DNA of 64,000 nt, from the sequence record NC_048182.1. One strand, 5' to 3'. Position 1 is the stretch's first letter. Each line of letters begins with the position of its first letter. Under the pieces are notes generated by a model that made no database searches, was not told the origin of the DNA, and saw only the letters and a list, made by a program, of their open reading frames with translations. Positions 41,708 to 51,132 of this stretch are shown in pieces. Made by a program: the position numbers and the translations under genes.

Positions 41708-42144
41708 TGGCAAGAACTCATTCTGAAATTCAGATAGAGAACTGGAACAATCTTCGAGTTCGTATTCTTGACGCCCATCCCCGTCGTCGTTCTAAAGCTG
41801 ATGTGCTTGTCTCTCTCGATAAAGAGTTCCAGCAATTAGCCAGCAGGCTACTAAAACTTCAAGTAAGTTCTGGTAGTTACAAAATCCTCGGGGTTGATCA
41901 CAGTTCATTAACTCGTGGTCATATCGCAATTAAATCTCGTGATGGATTTACGGTAAACATCTATGAGAAGGATTACGAGTTATTCCAGAGATGGTCCGAT
42001 ATGTCAGATGAGGATAAACTCATATCCAAACCTAAGAACTTATATGGGTATCGTCTCAGTACCACTCAGCCTGACGTTAAGAAACCCAGGACCACCAATC
42101 CTGACAAAGAACGTCTGAATATAAGGCATGGTGAAAATGACTAA
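41701..42144 (+). CDS. Paralog family B basic protein
   Basis: VNIYEKDYELFQRWS motif. Confidence 0.65.
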   Translation: MVMARTHSEIQIENWNNLRVRILDAHPRRRSKADVLVSLDKEFQQLASRLLKLQVSSGSYKILGVDHSSLTRGHIAIKSRDGFTVNIYEKDYELFQRWSDMSDEDKLISKPKNLYGYRLSTTQPDVKKPRTTNPDKERLNIRHGEND

Positions 42145-42532
42145 ATGGCCAACAATCAGTAAACAGCTGGAAGAACAGCTCGACTTGGTGCGGTATCTCG
42201 GAAGAGATGAGAAACACCGCAGTGTTTGGGAACACAAACCTTTCATTGATGTTAACAAAGACTTCTGTCGTATTGTTAAGATGAAACGGTTAGGTCGAGA
42301 ACTTAAACCCAGCAGTTACAAAAGGCTGAAACTTAATCATCTCAACCACGGAACTGATGCTTGGGAAATTCGTTTATATACCAATCACAGTTACGTTTCC
42401 ATTAACAAAGATAACTGGGGTGGGTTCGATTATTATGTCCGTTCACTTATCCATTATGCCCCCACTTCGGCGGCGTCCATGATGGCTAAGTATCCGCATG
42501 TGAGGTTAGGAAGTGGCATGGATAAAGCGTAG
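42128..42532 (+). CDS. Paralog family B basic protein
   Basis: VSINKDNWGGFDYYV motif. Confidence 0.65.
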   Translation: MVKMTKWPTISKQLEEQLDLVRYLGRDEKHRSVWEHKPFIDVNKDFCRIVKMKRLGRELKPSSYKRLKLNHLNHGTDAWEIRLYTNHSYVSINKDNWGGFDYYVRSLIHYAPTSAASMMAKYPHVRLGSGMDKA

Positions 42533-43115
42533 TTATAAAAGGGATTGGTTGCAAAGAGCACCGTCCCTTAATACGGTTGCTTATAAACATGAAATGAGTA
42601 ACGTGACTTCTTGGGATCTTAAACCGGAAGCTATGGATAAACCTGATAATAAAAGGAAATGGCCTGAAGACTATTTCCCTTATGAAGAAGTCCAAGTTAA
42701 GTTTGAGACTATCTTCTCCATTGGGTCTAATATCATCATTCTTCATGCTAATGACTTTATTGATCCGTTTGAAGCATTAAAAGACTATCACAGAAAGATT
42801 GAATTAATCCGTGAGGTCACACAACGCTTTATACGCGACTATAAGCGCTTCTATGAGAAAGACGCACCGTTTATCATCAAGGAGTTCTTAAACGGCTCTG
42901 AGGGTCCCTCAGCCATCTATACGAGCACTGTGGCCATCTCTTGTTCAACAACCCATGATTTCTTTTTCGAAATAGCATCTTGCGATGTTAAAGCACGGAT
43001 GTACATGACCAAAGAAAAAGACTTCCTGGAAATGCTTCACAAGTTACAGCGCTTTATATTAACGGCAGCCACTGATGCAAAGTCTACCCTTGACACTTAT
43101 AAGGGCAAGTATTGA
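42513..43115 (+). CDS. Paralog family A protein
   Basis: FSIGSNIIILH...DYHRKI..I...EFLN...FEIASCDVKARM. Confidence 0.75.
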   Translation: MAWIKRSYKRDWLQRAPSLNTVAYKHEMSNVTSWDLKPEAMDKPDNKRKWPEDYFPYEEVQVKFETIFSIGSNIIILHANDFIDPFEALKDYHRKIELIREVTQRFIRDYKRFYEKDAPFIIKEFLNGSEGPSAIYTSTVAISCSTTHDFFFEIASCDVKARMYMTKEKDFLEMLHKLQRFILTAATDAKSTLDTYKGKY

Positions 43116-43138
43116 TTTAGTTGGATAAGTAATCAGGT

Positions 43139-43147
43139 ATATATTAT
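43139..43147 (+). promoter_or_regulatory. Putative early promoter ATATATTAT
   Basis: Upstream of the exported-protein trio. Confidence 0.5.
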
Positions 43148-43189
43148 CTACATGTTAAACTTAACATAATCTAAATAGAGGGTATTATC

Positions 43190-43774
43190 GTGGTTAAGAC
43201 TTTTCTGAAAAACATTGGTGTCGTTGTAGCGCAATGGGCCATTGTAACTGTGGTGGTTATCTTTGCGGTCACTTTGTACAACAAAGCAAATGCTGCTGAT
43301 AAAGCTGTTGGTTGGGTTGGGATTAGTAAAGATGCCGATACTGAAGAAGTCATTGGCATCACTGCAACGGGTGATCGTGGTGGGGTGATTACTCTGATGT
43401 GCCAACCCGATAAAACCATTAAGGCGACTTATAAATCTCCTGAAGGTAAAAACTATGACATGTGGACCATGCGTAATTACGGGCATGATTTCACAAGTAA
43501 GAAAGACTATCTGTTAGCTGGTTCGGGAGCGCATACTACTCTTGACGTATACACGTTCTTATTAAGGGCTGAATATGCGTTCGAGGTTAATACGTTCGCT
43601 ATCGGTAGTAAAGCCAAATTTGACAAAGCTGTGCTGAATGCCAAAGAAGCACCTAAGTTGAAAGATGGTGATGAAGCTCCTGAAACATTTGTGACCACAG
43701 AAATCATTTCTGGTTATGTCCAGCAAATGGCTAAAGCCTGCCCAGCTCAAGGTACAGAGATGGGTAGTCTGTGA
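43190..43774 (+). CDS. Membrane-anchored periplasmic protein (family C)
   Basis: N-terminal TM segment; two Cys (TLMCQP and KACP). Confidence 0.75.
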   Translation: MVKTFLKNIGVVVAQWAIVTVVVIFAVTLYNKANAADKAVGWVGISKDADTEEVIGITATGDRGGVITLMCQPDKTIKATYKSPEGKNYDMWTMRNYGHDFTSKKDYLLAGSGAHTTLDVYTFLLRAEYAFEVNTFAIGSKAKFDKAVLNAKEAPKLKDGDEAPETFVTTEIISGYVQQMAKACPAQGTEMGSL

Positions 43775-43874
43775 TTTCAGTTGAAAACTGAAATAAAAAT
43801 ATATAATCAAATTGAATTTAAACCTTGCGGTCCTAGTGACTGCGAGGTTTAGTAAACCACATATAGAGGACATT

Positions 43875-44513
43875 ATGAAAAAGTTTTTGAAATGGGTTGG
43901 TATCGTATTCCTGGTTCTTATTGGCATGGCAATCGTCTACGGTGATAATGCGCCAGCTACTGAGAAATCAAAACCGCAAACTAAAACCGAAGTTACTCAA
44001 TCTGACCGTGACGCTTTCTTTGCAGCTAAGCAAGGAATTCTGGACGATCTGAAAGAGCGTGTTAAACTTCGTGATCAAGCATTCCCACCAATTCAAATCT
44101 TTGGTGGAACATATCAAGGTCCTTCATCAGCAACATTGGGATGTCGTAATCCTAATAAACCGCTGGGAACTGAATTCGTGATGCAAGGTCCTGGTAAGGT
44201 ATGGTACGCATTCGGTATTGGGGGTGATCCTTACCGTTGGATTGAAATGCCTACAAGCGCAGGCGGTAATGGACCATCACAGGTTGAACAGATTGTTAGC
44301 AATATCGCTCGAAAAAATGATCCTCGAATGGTAGTGGCGTTTATTGTTTCTGATAGTCGTCCTGGTTCCAATGATGATGCGGTAGCGTTGTCATATGAAG
44401 AAATCGTACGACTGAACGATCAACTTCGTAACAGCGCTTGTTCTGGCTGGTACGCTCCTACTTGGGTGAACCACACTGCTGAAGAAGTTCACCATCTTAA
44501 ATACGCACAGTAA
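43875..44513 (+). CDS. Membrane-anchored periplasmic protein (family C)
   Basis: MKKFLKWVGIVFLVLIGMAIVYG after GAGG; Cys in TLGCRNP and SACSG. Confidence 0.75.
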   Translation: MKKFLKWVGIVFLVLIGMAIVYGDNAPATEKSKPQTKTEVTQSDRDAFFAAKQGILDDLKERVKLRDQAFPPIQIFGGTYQGPSSATLGCRNPNKPLGTEFVMQGPGKVWYAFGIGGDPYRWIEMPTSAGGNGPSQVEQIVSNIARKNDPRMVVAFIVSDSRPGSNDDAVALSYEEIVRLNDQLRNSACSGWYAPTWVNHTAEEVHHLKYAQ

Positions 44514-44522
44514 GGTAAAGAC

Positions 44523-45227
44523 ATGAAAAAGTTTATTAGCGTAATCCTGACAACATTGGCGTTTGTTGTTCTGGTTGGGTGTAATGACGGAGAAGTAGGA
44601 AGTGGTAAAAACCAACAACCTACTGAAAAGCAACAAGCTGTTCTTCGTGATCCAGCTACGGCTGAACAGATCTACGGTACGGTGTTGCATGAAGGTGTGG
44701 TTGCACCTAGTCAGATTGTTATGGTGACAGGTCAGGATCTATCCAAAGATCTTACTCTGATCTCCATCCTGACTAAGGGTAATCATGCTAAACCAGGTAC
44801 AGCATTCTTGTTGGCATGTGACCTTCGTGGCGGAACCTGGTCGGCGGCTACTAACATCTATACACCTGACGGTAAACCTACTGATAAGGCGTTGGATATC
44901 TCTATCATGAACTTCCCTGCCGGATTAACTCAAATCCGTGAAGTGGATGATTCTAAACGGGCGTACTTTGCAACTGCTGAAGGTGATTCAGATATCGTGG
45001 GTGCTTTGAAAGGATTGAGTAAACTAGATCCCGAATCCACCATTGCCTTTGTAGCAGAAGAAACCAAAGATGACGGTTATCGTTATTCTGTTGGTTGGTC
45101 TCCAATGTTCAAAGTTAAAGATGTTGTTGCCGGTCTGAAGAAGATAGACTTGTCCTCCTGTGCTAAAACCACGATGGATAACGAGTACTATAACTTCGTT
45201 CCCAACGAAACCCTGATGGGTAAGTAA
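44523..45227 (+). CDS. Lipoprotein (family C)
   Basis: Lipobox LVGC; further Cys in LLACDL and LSSCAK. Confidence 0.8.
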   Translation: MKKFISVILTTLAFVVLVGCNDGEVGSGKNQQPTEKQQAVLRDPATAEQIYGTVLHEGVVAPSQIVMVTGQDLSKDLTLISILTKGNHAKPGTAFLLACDLRGGTWSAATNIYTPDGKPTDKALDISIMNFPAGLTQIREVDDSKRAYFATAEGDSDIVGALKGLSKLDPESTIAFVAEETKDDGYRYSVGWSPMFKVKDVVAGLKKIDLSSCAKTTMDNEYYNFVPNETLMGK

Positions 45228-45238
45228 CAATATTTTGC

Positions 45239-45270
45239 TAAGGCTAGAGGACTTCGGTTCTCTAGCCTAG
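45239..45270 (+). terminator. Hairpin terminator
   Basis: ctaggctagag-gac-ttcg-gtt-ctctagcctag. Confidence 0.7.
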
Positions 45271-45361
45271 TGAGATAGCCATTTATTTTGTATTTAAAAA
45301 CCCTCAGGCCGATATTATTGTATCGATACCAATAACCATTATTCCTAGAAGGCAAACATAG

Positions 45362-46099
45362 ATGGAAAAGGAAAATATCACTGAATTCACCTTGGACCCA
45401 AAGCGTGTCCAGGAAGATAAAGATTGGGCCATGTTATTCGACTGGAAGATGCAGAAAGAGTTACTGCGTTATTGCGTGTACTCTATCTCTCTGAATGACC
45501 CGGCTCATAATCTCGGACATTGCTGGGATGTCTGTGCATTAGGCAAAAGGATTTGTGACGAGTTAGGCGTGGATGATCGCACTCGGATGCTTGTCTACCT
45601 GGGCACGTTGCTTCATGACATCGGATGTCGGTATGAGCGGGATTATCATCATTTGATAGGATATGGACTCACCTATGAACTCATTAACCGTTACTGGCCA
45701 AACGAGTTTAGCGATGATGAATTATTAACTATCGCGACCGCAGTGCTTGAGCATCGCAGCTCGAATAAGAACAAGCCGACTAATTTCGTTAGCTCTATTG
45801 TAAGTGTGGCTGATTCTGGGGCGCCAGACTTTAACAAGTATGTTAAACGAGCTATTCAGTTCCGACTGAAAATGAACTTAACGGACGATGTTCTTATTGA
45901 GGAAGTCTATAAACACCTGCTTGAAAAGTTTGGTGTGGAGGGCTACCACTGGAAAAGTTATCCTGACGTCGGTATGGAGCTTTTCAAAACGGAATGGGAT
46001 ATCTTCTCCAACTTGCTGTATGATGAACAATTCACTATGGATTGTATCAAAACTACGTACGAGCAGTTAGGAGGAAAATGTGTGGGTAAATCCGGATAG
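45362..46099 (+). CDS. HD-domain metal-dependent phosphohydrolase
   Basis: AHNLGH...LLHDIG...HH...VLEHR...VADSG. Confidence 0.88.
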   Translation: MEKENITEFTLDPKRVQEDKDWAMLFDWKMQKELLRYCVYSISLNDPAHNLGHCWDVCALGKRICDELGVDDRTRMLVYLGTLLHDIGCRYERDYHHLIGYGLTYELINRYWPNEFSDDELLTIATAVLEHRSSNKNKPTNFVSSIVSVADSGAPDFNKYVKRAIQFRLKMNLTDDVLIEEVYKHLLEKFGVEGYHWKSYPDVGMELFKTEWDIFSNLLYDEQFTMDCIKTTYEQLGGKCVGKSG

Positions 46100-46538
46100 T
46101 TTATTCCTGACGTCCATAATCATAGCTTTGATTCTCGTCGTCATTACCGGGTTTGTTTGGTTCTTTCTGAGAGACCATCCCGCCAGTGAGACGAGATTCA
46201 AGTGGACACAGTACAGCCGTGACTTTATTGCGGCTGAGTATGTTGATCGTTACAAAACCACCTGGACGTTCCATATACGTTATTGGTCTAAAGTTATATT
46301 ACCGTCATGTAGACACGAAGGCAGTAATCGACTGGTCTTGAATATCCCTGATGGGTTGACTGTTGAGGAGTTTGAAGCATTCATTTCCAATTGCGGAAAA
46401 GTGGATAGCACTGGACACAAAGTTCTCTTCGGGTTAGTAAATCAAAAAGGATTAAACCGGTTACGTTTCGACGCTATCGACAATAAGGTCTTTAGCGACT
46501 TTAAGAAATTCATTTATGAAAAAGCTTTAACCCCTTAA
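46080..46538 (+). CDS. Single-pass membrane protein
   Basis: N-terminal TM segment plus a soluble domain. Confidence 0.7.
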   Translation: MWVNPDSLFLTSIIIALILVVITGFVWFFLRDHPASETRFKWTQYSRDFIAAEYVDRYKTTWTFHIRYWSKVILPSCRHEGSNRLVLNIPDGLTVEEFEAFISNCGKVDSTGHKVLFGLVNQKGLNRLRFDAIDNKVFSDFKKFIYEKALTP

Positions 46539-46939
46539 TGGATATATTACTCGGTCTGAGCCTATTTCTAGGTGCCACTTACTTGGGACATCTCATATAC
46601 AATGATTCGAAGATATGCGTGAAATATCGCATAACTGGAAACATCTTCGTTATTACATATGGGAAACGTGTTATCAATATTGAACTAAGAGAGGGGATAA
46701 GAATACCATCTTACTCTCGCAGTAAAGATGTTGAGTGTATCGTTGTTCCAAAGCGCACCGGTAATCTGACACAGATCGAGAACTTCATGACTCGATATAA
46801 AACCTCGATATTGGCTGAAGCCATGTTCAGGTTTAGTGAAAGTGCTCATGCGCTTCCGATACTTCGATATGATCCCATTCAAGCTAAAAAGCTTATTGAC
46901 GTACAAATTAAGTTGAAGTGTTTCATAACCAACATTTAA
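46538..46939 (+). CDS. Single-pass membrane protein
   Basis: N-terminal TM segment; same layout as the upstream ORF. Confidence 0.7.
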   Translation: MDILLGLSLFLGATYLGHLIYNDSKICVKYRITGNIFVITYGKRVINIELREGIRIPSYSRSKDVECIVVPKRTGNLTQIENFMTRYKTSILAEAMFRFSESAHALPILRYDPIQAKKLIDVQIKLKCFITNI

Positions 46940-46949
46940 ACAAACAAAC

Positions 46950-46981
46950 CTCCTACTCACCCCGTTAAGGGTGAGTAGGAG
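46950..46981. terminator. Bidirectional hairpin
   Basis: ctcctactcaccc/gggtgagtaggag inverted repeat between convergent genes. Confidence 0.75.
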
Positions 46982-47009
46982 TAATAACGTTTGTTATTTT
47001 TTTGCTTTA

Positions 47010-47915
47010 TCAGCCGCCCATGAAGTTCGGGTTCTGAATGGTACGAGCGTCTTTGTTCATGCTGTCCACAATACCGTTATCTTTGATAGCGGCCAGGTTA
47101 GCAGTAACAGTTTTGAAGCCACTCGGTGCAGCACGACCACCTGGGTTGTACAGAGGCATACGCTTCATTACAGCGCGAGCAATCTCTTTAGCAGCCAGGG
47201 TATCGAATTCCATCAGACCAGTGAACTCAGTAGAGATTTCACGGACTTGACCGGAAGCCTGTTCAACGTTGAAGCTGAACTCGTAGTTCGGACCTTCTTT
47301 AGGCATCTGACCCAGAACGATTACCGCATGGCGGACGTCCTGCCAGTTACGGGTAGGCTCGAAGTAAACGGAGCTCATAGAGATCTCGTCCAGCAGCAGC
47401 TCACCGGAGTAACCCAGGGTGATGATCTTCGGATGACGAATGGTAGGATCGCTCAGCAGATAGCTGATCCAGGTATCGAACATCTTGGAGAAGGTTTCGC
47501 CTTCTGGATCCAGTGCCATGTGGCTGATGGAACCAAACTGACGAGTAGAACCTACAGGGAAGCTCAGGGTAGAACCACCTGCCCAGGTAATGTCGTGGTA
47601 ATCAACGGACGTACGGACCGTCAGACCACTCCATTCGCGAGAACGGGTTTCCATGTATGCACGGAGCAGACCATGGAGATCTTTACCGCCTGGCAGGTTG
47701 GAGAACGCTGCTGGGGTAGAGAGGTTCACACAGTACGGACGCTGTGACACGTACGGCTGTTCCTGAACGTAACGGAAGTTGTTAGGTGCGAAACCATACT
47801 GACCGCCATTCGCTGCGTTGATGATTGGAGTGTTACCAATATCAAATGCGCGTTTGAAGTCAGAGTTACCTGGCATTAATGTCAGGTTGTCGCGATGCGG
47901 AAAGTTACTAGCCAT
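47010..47915 (-). CDS. Tail tube protein (phiKZ gp30-like)
   Basis: 301 aa directly downstream of the sheath gene; GGQYGFAPN motif. Confidence 0.8.
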   Translation of the reverse strand: MASNFPHRDNLTLMPGNSDFKRAFDIGNTPIINAANGGQYGFAPNNFRYVQEQPYVSQRPYCVNLSTPAAFSNLPGGKDLHGLLRAYMETRSREWSGLTVRTSVDYHDITWAGGSTLSFPVGSTRQFGSISHMALDPEGETFSKMFDTWISYLLSDPTIRHPKIITLGYSGELLLDEISMSSVYFEPTRNWQDVRHAVIVLGQMPKEGPNYEFSFNVEQASGQVREISTEFTGLMEFDTLAAKEIARAVMKRMPLYNPGGRAAPSGFKTVTANLAAIKDNGIVDSMNKDARTIQNPNFMGG

Positions 47916-47928
47916 CTTTCATCATTCC

Positions 47929-50127
47929 TTATTGTTCGGTCAGGCTGTCTTCGTTGTAAGCTTCCAGAACAGAGTTCATCATGTAAACACCTTTACCGAA
48001 CCACAGGCGGGTAACAGCATACATGACAGACTTACTGGTCGGAGAATCTTCACGGAACGAAGTGACAACTTCCCAGTTAGAGATAACGGACCCGAACAGT
48101 TCACGGATACGAGCTTCGGCACCATCTTTAACGAATGCCAGATAACCTTCACGGCCAATCTGAGTATCGCCAGAAACTTGGATCCACAGATCTTGCAGGA
48201 TCTTCTCAACGCAGACACACTTCCACACGTTGGTCAGATCTTTCAGCACGCTGTTGATGTTGTCATAAACAGTAGGCAGTGCCGGACGGCAGAACTGAGT
48301 CGTCGTGATAGGAGTGACGGTGATGGAACCGTTGGTCAGGTTGTTAGCAGCCGGGTCATCAGCTTCGAACTCAACGAGTGGGTCGTGCATGATGCGCAGG
48401 ATACGGTTGCCTTCATGATCAGGCATCAGAGATGCGTACATCTTACCGTCTTCACCACCACCTGCAACTGCGAAGGCATACATGGTATCCAGGTTCAGAG
48501 AGAACCGGTTCCAGGTCACTTCATCAATTACACGGGCGTTCCAAAGGTTGATGGATGCACGGCAAGCGTGAGACTTGTAAGTCTCAGATTCAGGAATCAT
48601 GCTGATACGAGTATTCAGCATAGTTGCTGTAGAGTACAGCTCTTCCTGGGTTTTGGTACGCAGGTATTCAGTTGCGCACGGAACCACAATGATATCTTTA
48701 CGCTTGTTCAGCATCTGAATCATTGCCAGTTTGATCTGCTGGTTGAAGCCCAGGTCCCACATGAAGGAAGTACGGTTACGAATAACGTCTTTCACATCCA
48801 GGGAGTTCTGGTATTCCAGCAGCCACGCCAGGTACATCATCTGGTTCATTTCCCAACACTGCTTGTGGGATACAATTGCATCCGGATCAGTAGTGTCTGC
48901 GATCCACTCACCATCGATAGCGTCTACCCAGGTGCTTGGTTTCTTAGGATATTTACCTTCGGCGTCAGCAAACGGGTTGATCCCGCCATTAGCCTGCTGA
49001 TAGTGGTTCAGGCTGATACGAGAACCAGTCAGCTTGTTGGCCACAACCAGAGAACCACCGAACACGATGTTGTGATAAGGTTTACCGTAATGGTCAACCA
49101 GATCCAGCGGGTTCATGATGGCATGCTTAGGCATTTTGTTTGACAGAATAGTTGGTGCAGTACCAGCCCCGTCAATATACTCTGCTTTATACAGTTCATT
49201 ACAAACTGCGTTGATGTTGTTCTGATATACGATAGTCGCATTGAACGGAGCATCACGGTCAGTAGTAGGACGGTTTACATTCTTGCCAGTATAGGCATCG
49301 ACTGCAGACTTCAAGCTGTAACGAACGTTCTGGTCAGAGACCATGTCGAACAGCGTAAAGGTGGTATCCGGGGAACCGTTAACGGTACTGAATGGAACAC
49401 GCAGACCGTTATCCAGCAAAGTACCCATGTTCAGGATGAACGGATACGCGCCGTTGTTGATAACGAAACGAGCGATTTCATTCCAGTCGGTATTCATGGA
49501 ATGACCCATAGCAGCATAGCTAGCATTATACGCGTCGCCAATACCTGCTTCCAGTTCGTAGAACGGATAGAACTTACCTTCCGTACCTTCTGGAACATCT
49601 GGGGTAGATGAATCAGCAGTCACAGGAACAATGACAGCTTTACCTGCTTCCAGACCTTTAACAGACTGAGTGGCCGGGCAGATCCATTTACCGGTAACGG
49701 TCGGAGTGGTTTCATCAGCAACTGGGTTGCCTGCTTCATCCAGATCGTAGTCGCCGTTTGCATCACGCTTATAGTTAGGGATCTCACCTGAGAAGACAGC
49801 AACGCCGCCCAGAACACGTGCTTGCACGGTGTTGTTAACCAGACGTTTGAAACTGAAGCTTGCTTGGCCAGCTGCGCCCAATTTCATGATTGCTAGTGCA
49901 ACCGGGTTGTAATACATTCCGAACGCATCAGTAGTGTCACCGAATTTCTCGGAGAACCCACCTACTGATACCGTCGCGCGACGAGTACCACCTTTCGGGG
50001 TGCACATCGCGAAGTCCGGAAAGTGAGCAGGGGAAGAGATAATAGGAGATGTGCTTGCGAATTGCTCGCGAGACACGATCCCCTCATTAACTACTCTCCC
50101 TGGAATCACTTTGCTAAAAGTTTCCAT
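47929..50127 (-). CDS. Tail sheath protein (phiKZ gp29-like)
   Basis: About 730 aa, start METFSK after GAGG; C-terminal sheath-like region DVIRNRTSFMWDLGF...GKGVYMM. Confidence 0.85.
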   Translation of the reverse strand: METFSKVIPGRVVNEGIVSREQFASTSPIISSPAHFPDFAMCTPKGGTRRATVSVGGFSEKFGDTTDAFGMYYNPVALAIMKLGAAGQASFSFKRLVNNTVQARVLGGVAVFSGEIPNYKRDANGDYDLDEAGNPVADETTPTVTGKWICPATQSVKGLEAGKAVIVPVTADSSTPDVPEGTEGKFYPFYELEAGIGDAYNASYAAMGHSMNTDWNEIARFVINNGAYPFILNMGTLLDNGLRVPFSTVNGSPDTTFTLFDMVSDQNVRYSLKSAVDAYTGKNVNRPTTDRDAPFNATIVYQNNINAVCNELYKAEYIDGAGTAPTILSNKMPKHAIMNPLDLVDHYGKPYHNIVFGGSLVVANKLTGSRISLNHYQQANGGINPFADAEGKYPKKPSTWVDAIDGEWIADTTDPDAIVSHKQCWEMNQMMYLAWLLEYQNSLDVKDVIRNRTSFMWDLGFNQQIKLAMIQMLNKRKDIIVVPCATEYLRTKTQEELYSTATMLNTRISMIPESETYKSHACRASINLWNARVIDEVTWNRFSLNLDTMYAFAVAGGGEDGKMYASLMPDHEGNRILRIMHDPLVEFEADDPAANNLTNGSITVTPITTTQFCRPALPTVYDNINSVLKDLTNVWKCVCVEKILQDLWIQVSGDTQIGREGYLAFVKDGAEARIRELFGSVISNWEVVTSFREDSPTSKSVMYAVTRLWFGKGVYMMNSVLEAYNEDSLTEQ

Positions 50128-50233
50128 ATAAAAAACCTCGTTAATTTTTTTGATCAAAAAAATCAATCGTATGACCCAAATTCGGGCAGATGGTTAACGT
50201 TAACACGCATAACATTAATTCAGGACTAGAGTT

Positions 50234-51109
50234 ATGATTCTAAATGGTTATGAGACTACAGTAGGTAGTCGCTTTAAGGTTAAAGATAAGGTAGAAGAAA
50301 CTGTAAAGCTTCTTCAAAGCACCAATCGTCTTGAAATGATTGACAATCGTGGTGTCTATGCTGTCGATAAGAAAAACGATAACGGACTCCCTGCTTTTAT
50401 CTTCCCTATCTCCACCCTTAACTACATGCGCGAACCGGTAACGATTCTCGACCAACGTACCTACTTCAATGGTCAAGGTCGAAACATCAACGTGCCGGAA
50501 TACAACGTCATGTTACTGGCTTCCATCCTTCAACAAGATATGCAACGTAATAACTTGTCGTTGGTTAAGTCGGTTCGTCCTTACACTATCAAAGCGTTTG
50601 CTAACTCTGTTGGTAATGCTATTGGACGTACGGCAACACTGGACATTCTTCAGAAGATGACATTGCGCATCATTCTGGCTCACTATTTCGTGTGCTTGTC
50701 TGAAGATCCAAATGTGGATTACAAATTTGTTTCAGCAAATGCGGTATCTCGTTCCCTTCGTGTCCCTCAGACTCAGGTCTTAGAAATCATCGAAGAAATC
50801 GGATTTATCGCTAAGCTGGAAGATCTTCGTCAAGCCATTGTCAAACACCCAGTACTGTTCCCACTCACCCGTTTAGATTTGGGTGGTTTGGTCGCAGCAG
50901 GTTCTTCCGTGTTCTTTGCAACTTCCGGTTTCCGTCAACTGATGGGTGCTGCACTTGAGATGCCTACTTTATTTACGGCGATCTGCCACGGTGCTGCAAC
51001 TCAGAAGATCTATCAGAATACTAAAGTGGGTGAAGAACTGAACGTGAAGGTTGACAAGTCTGTTGAAAACTTCATTCGTACAGTTGAGTATTACTTCAAC
51101 TCTAAATAA
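50234..51109 (+). CDS. Virion structural protein (phiKZ gp28-like position)
   Basis: 291 aa, divergent from the sheath gene; conserved synteny. Confidence 0.65.
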   Translation: MILNGYETTVGSRFKVKDKVEETVKLLQSTNRLEMIDNRGVYAVDKKNDNGLPAFIFPISTLNYMREPVTILDQRTYFNGQGRNINVPEYNVMLLASILQQDMQRNNLSLVKSVRPYTIKAFANSVGNAIGRTATLDILQKMTLRIILAHYFVCLSEDPNVDYKFVSANAVSRSLRVPQTQVLEIIEEIGFIAKLEDLRQAIVKHPVLFPLTRLDLGGLVAAGSSVFFATSGFRQLMGAALEMPTLFTAICHGAATQKIYQNTKVGEELNVKVDKSVENFIRTVEYYFNSK

Positions 51110-51132
51110 CGTTTCTTTTCTTGGGGTAATAA

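Noticed and set aside
47818-49143. 441-aa + strand ORF (and 46971-47747)
   Set aside because: Antisense shadows of the strongly codon-biased sheath and tube genes.
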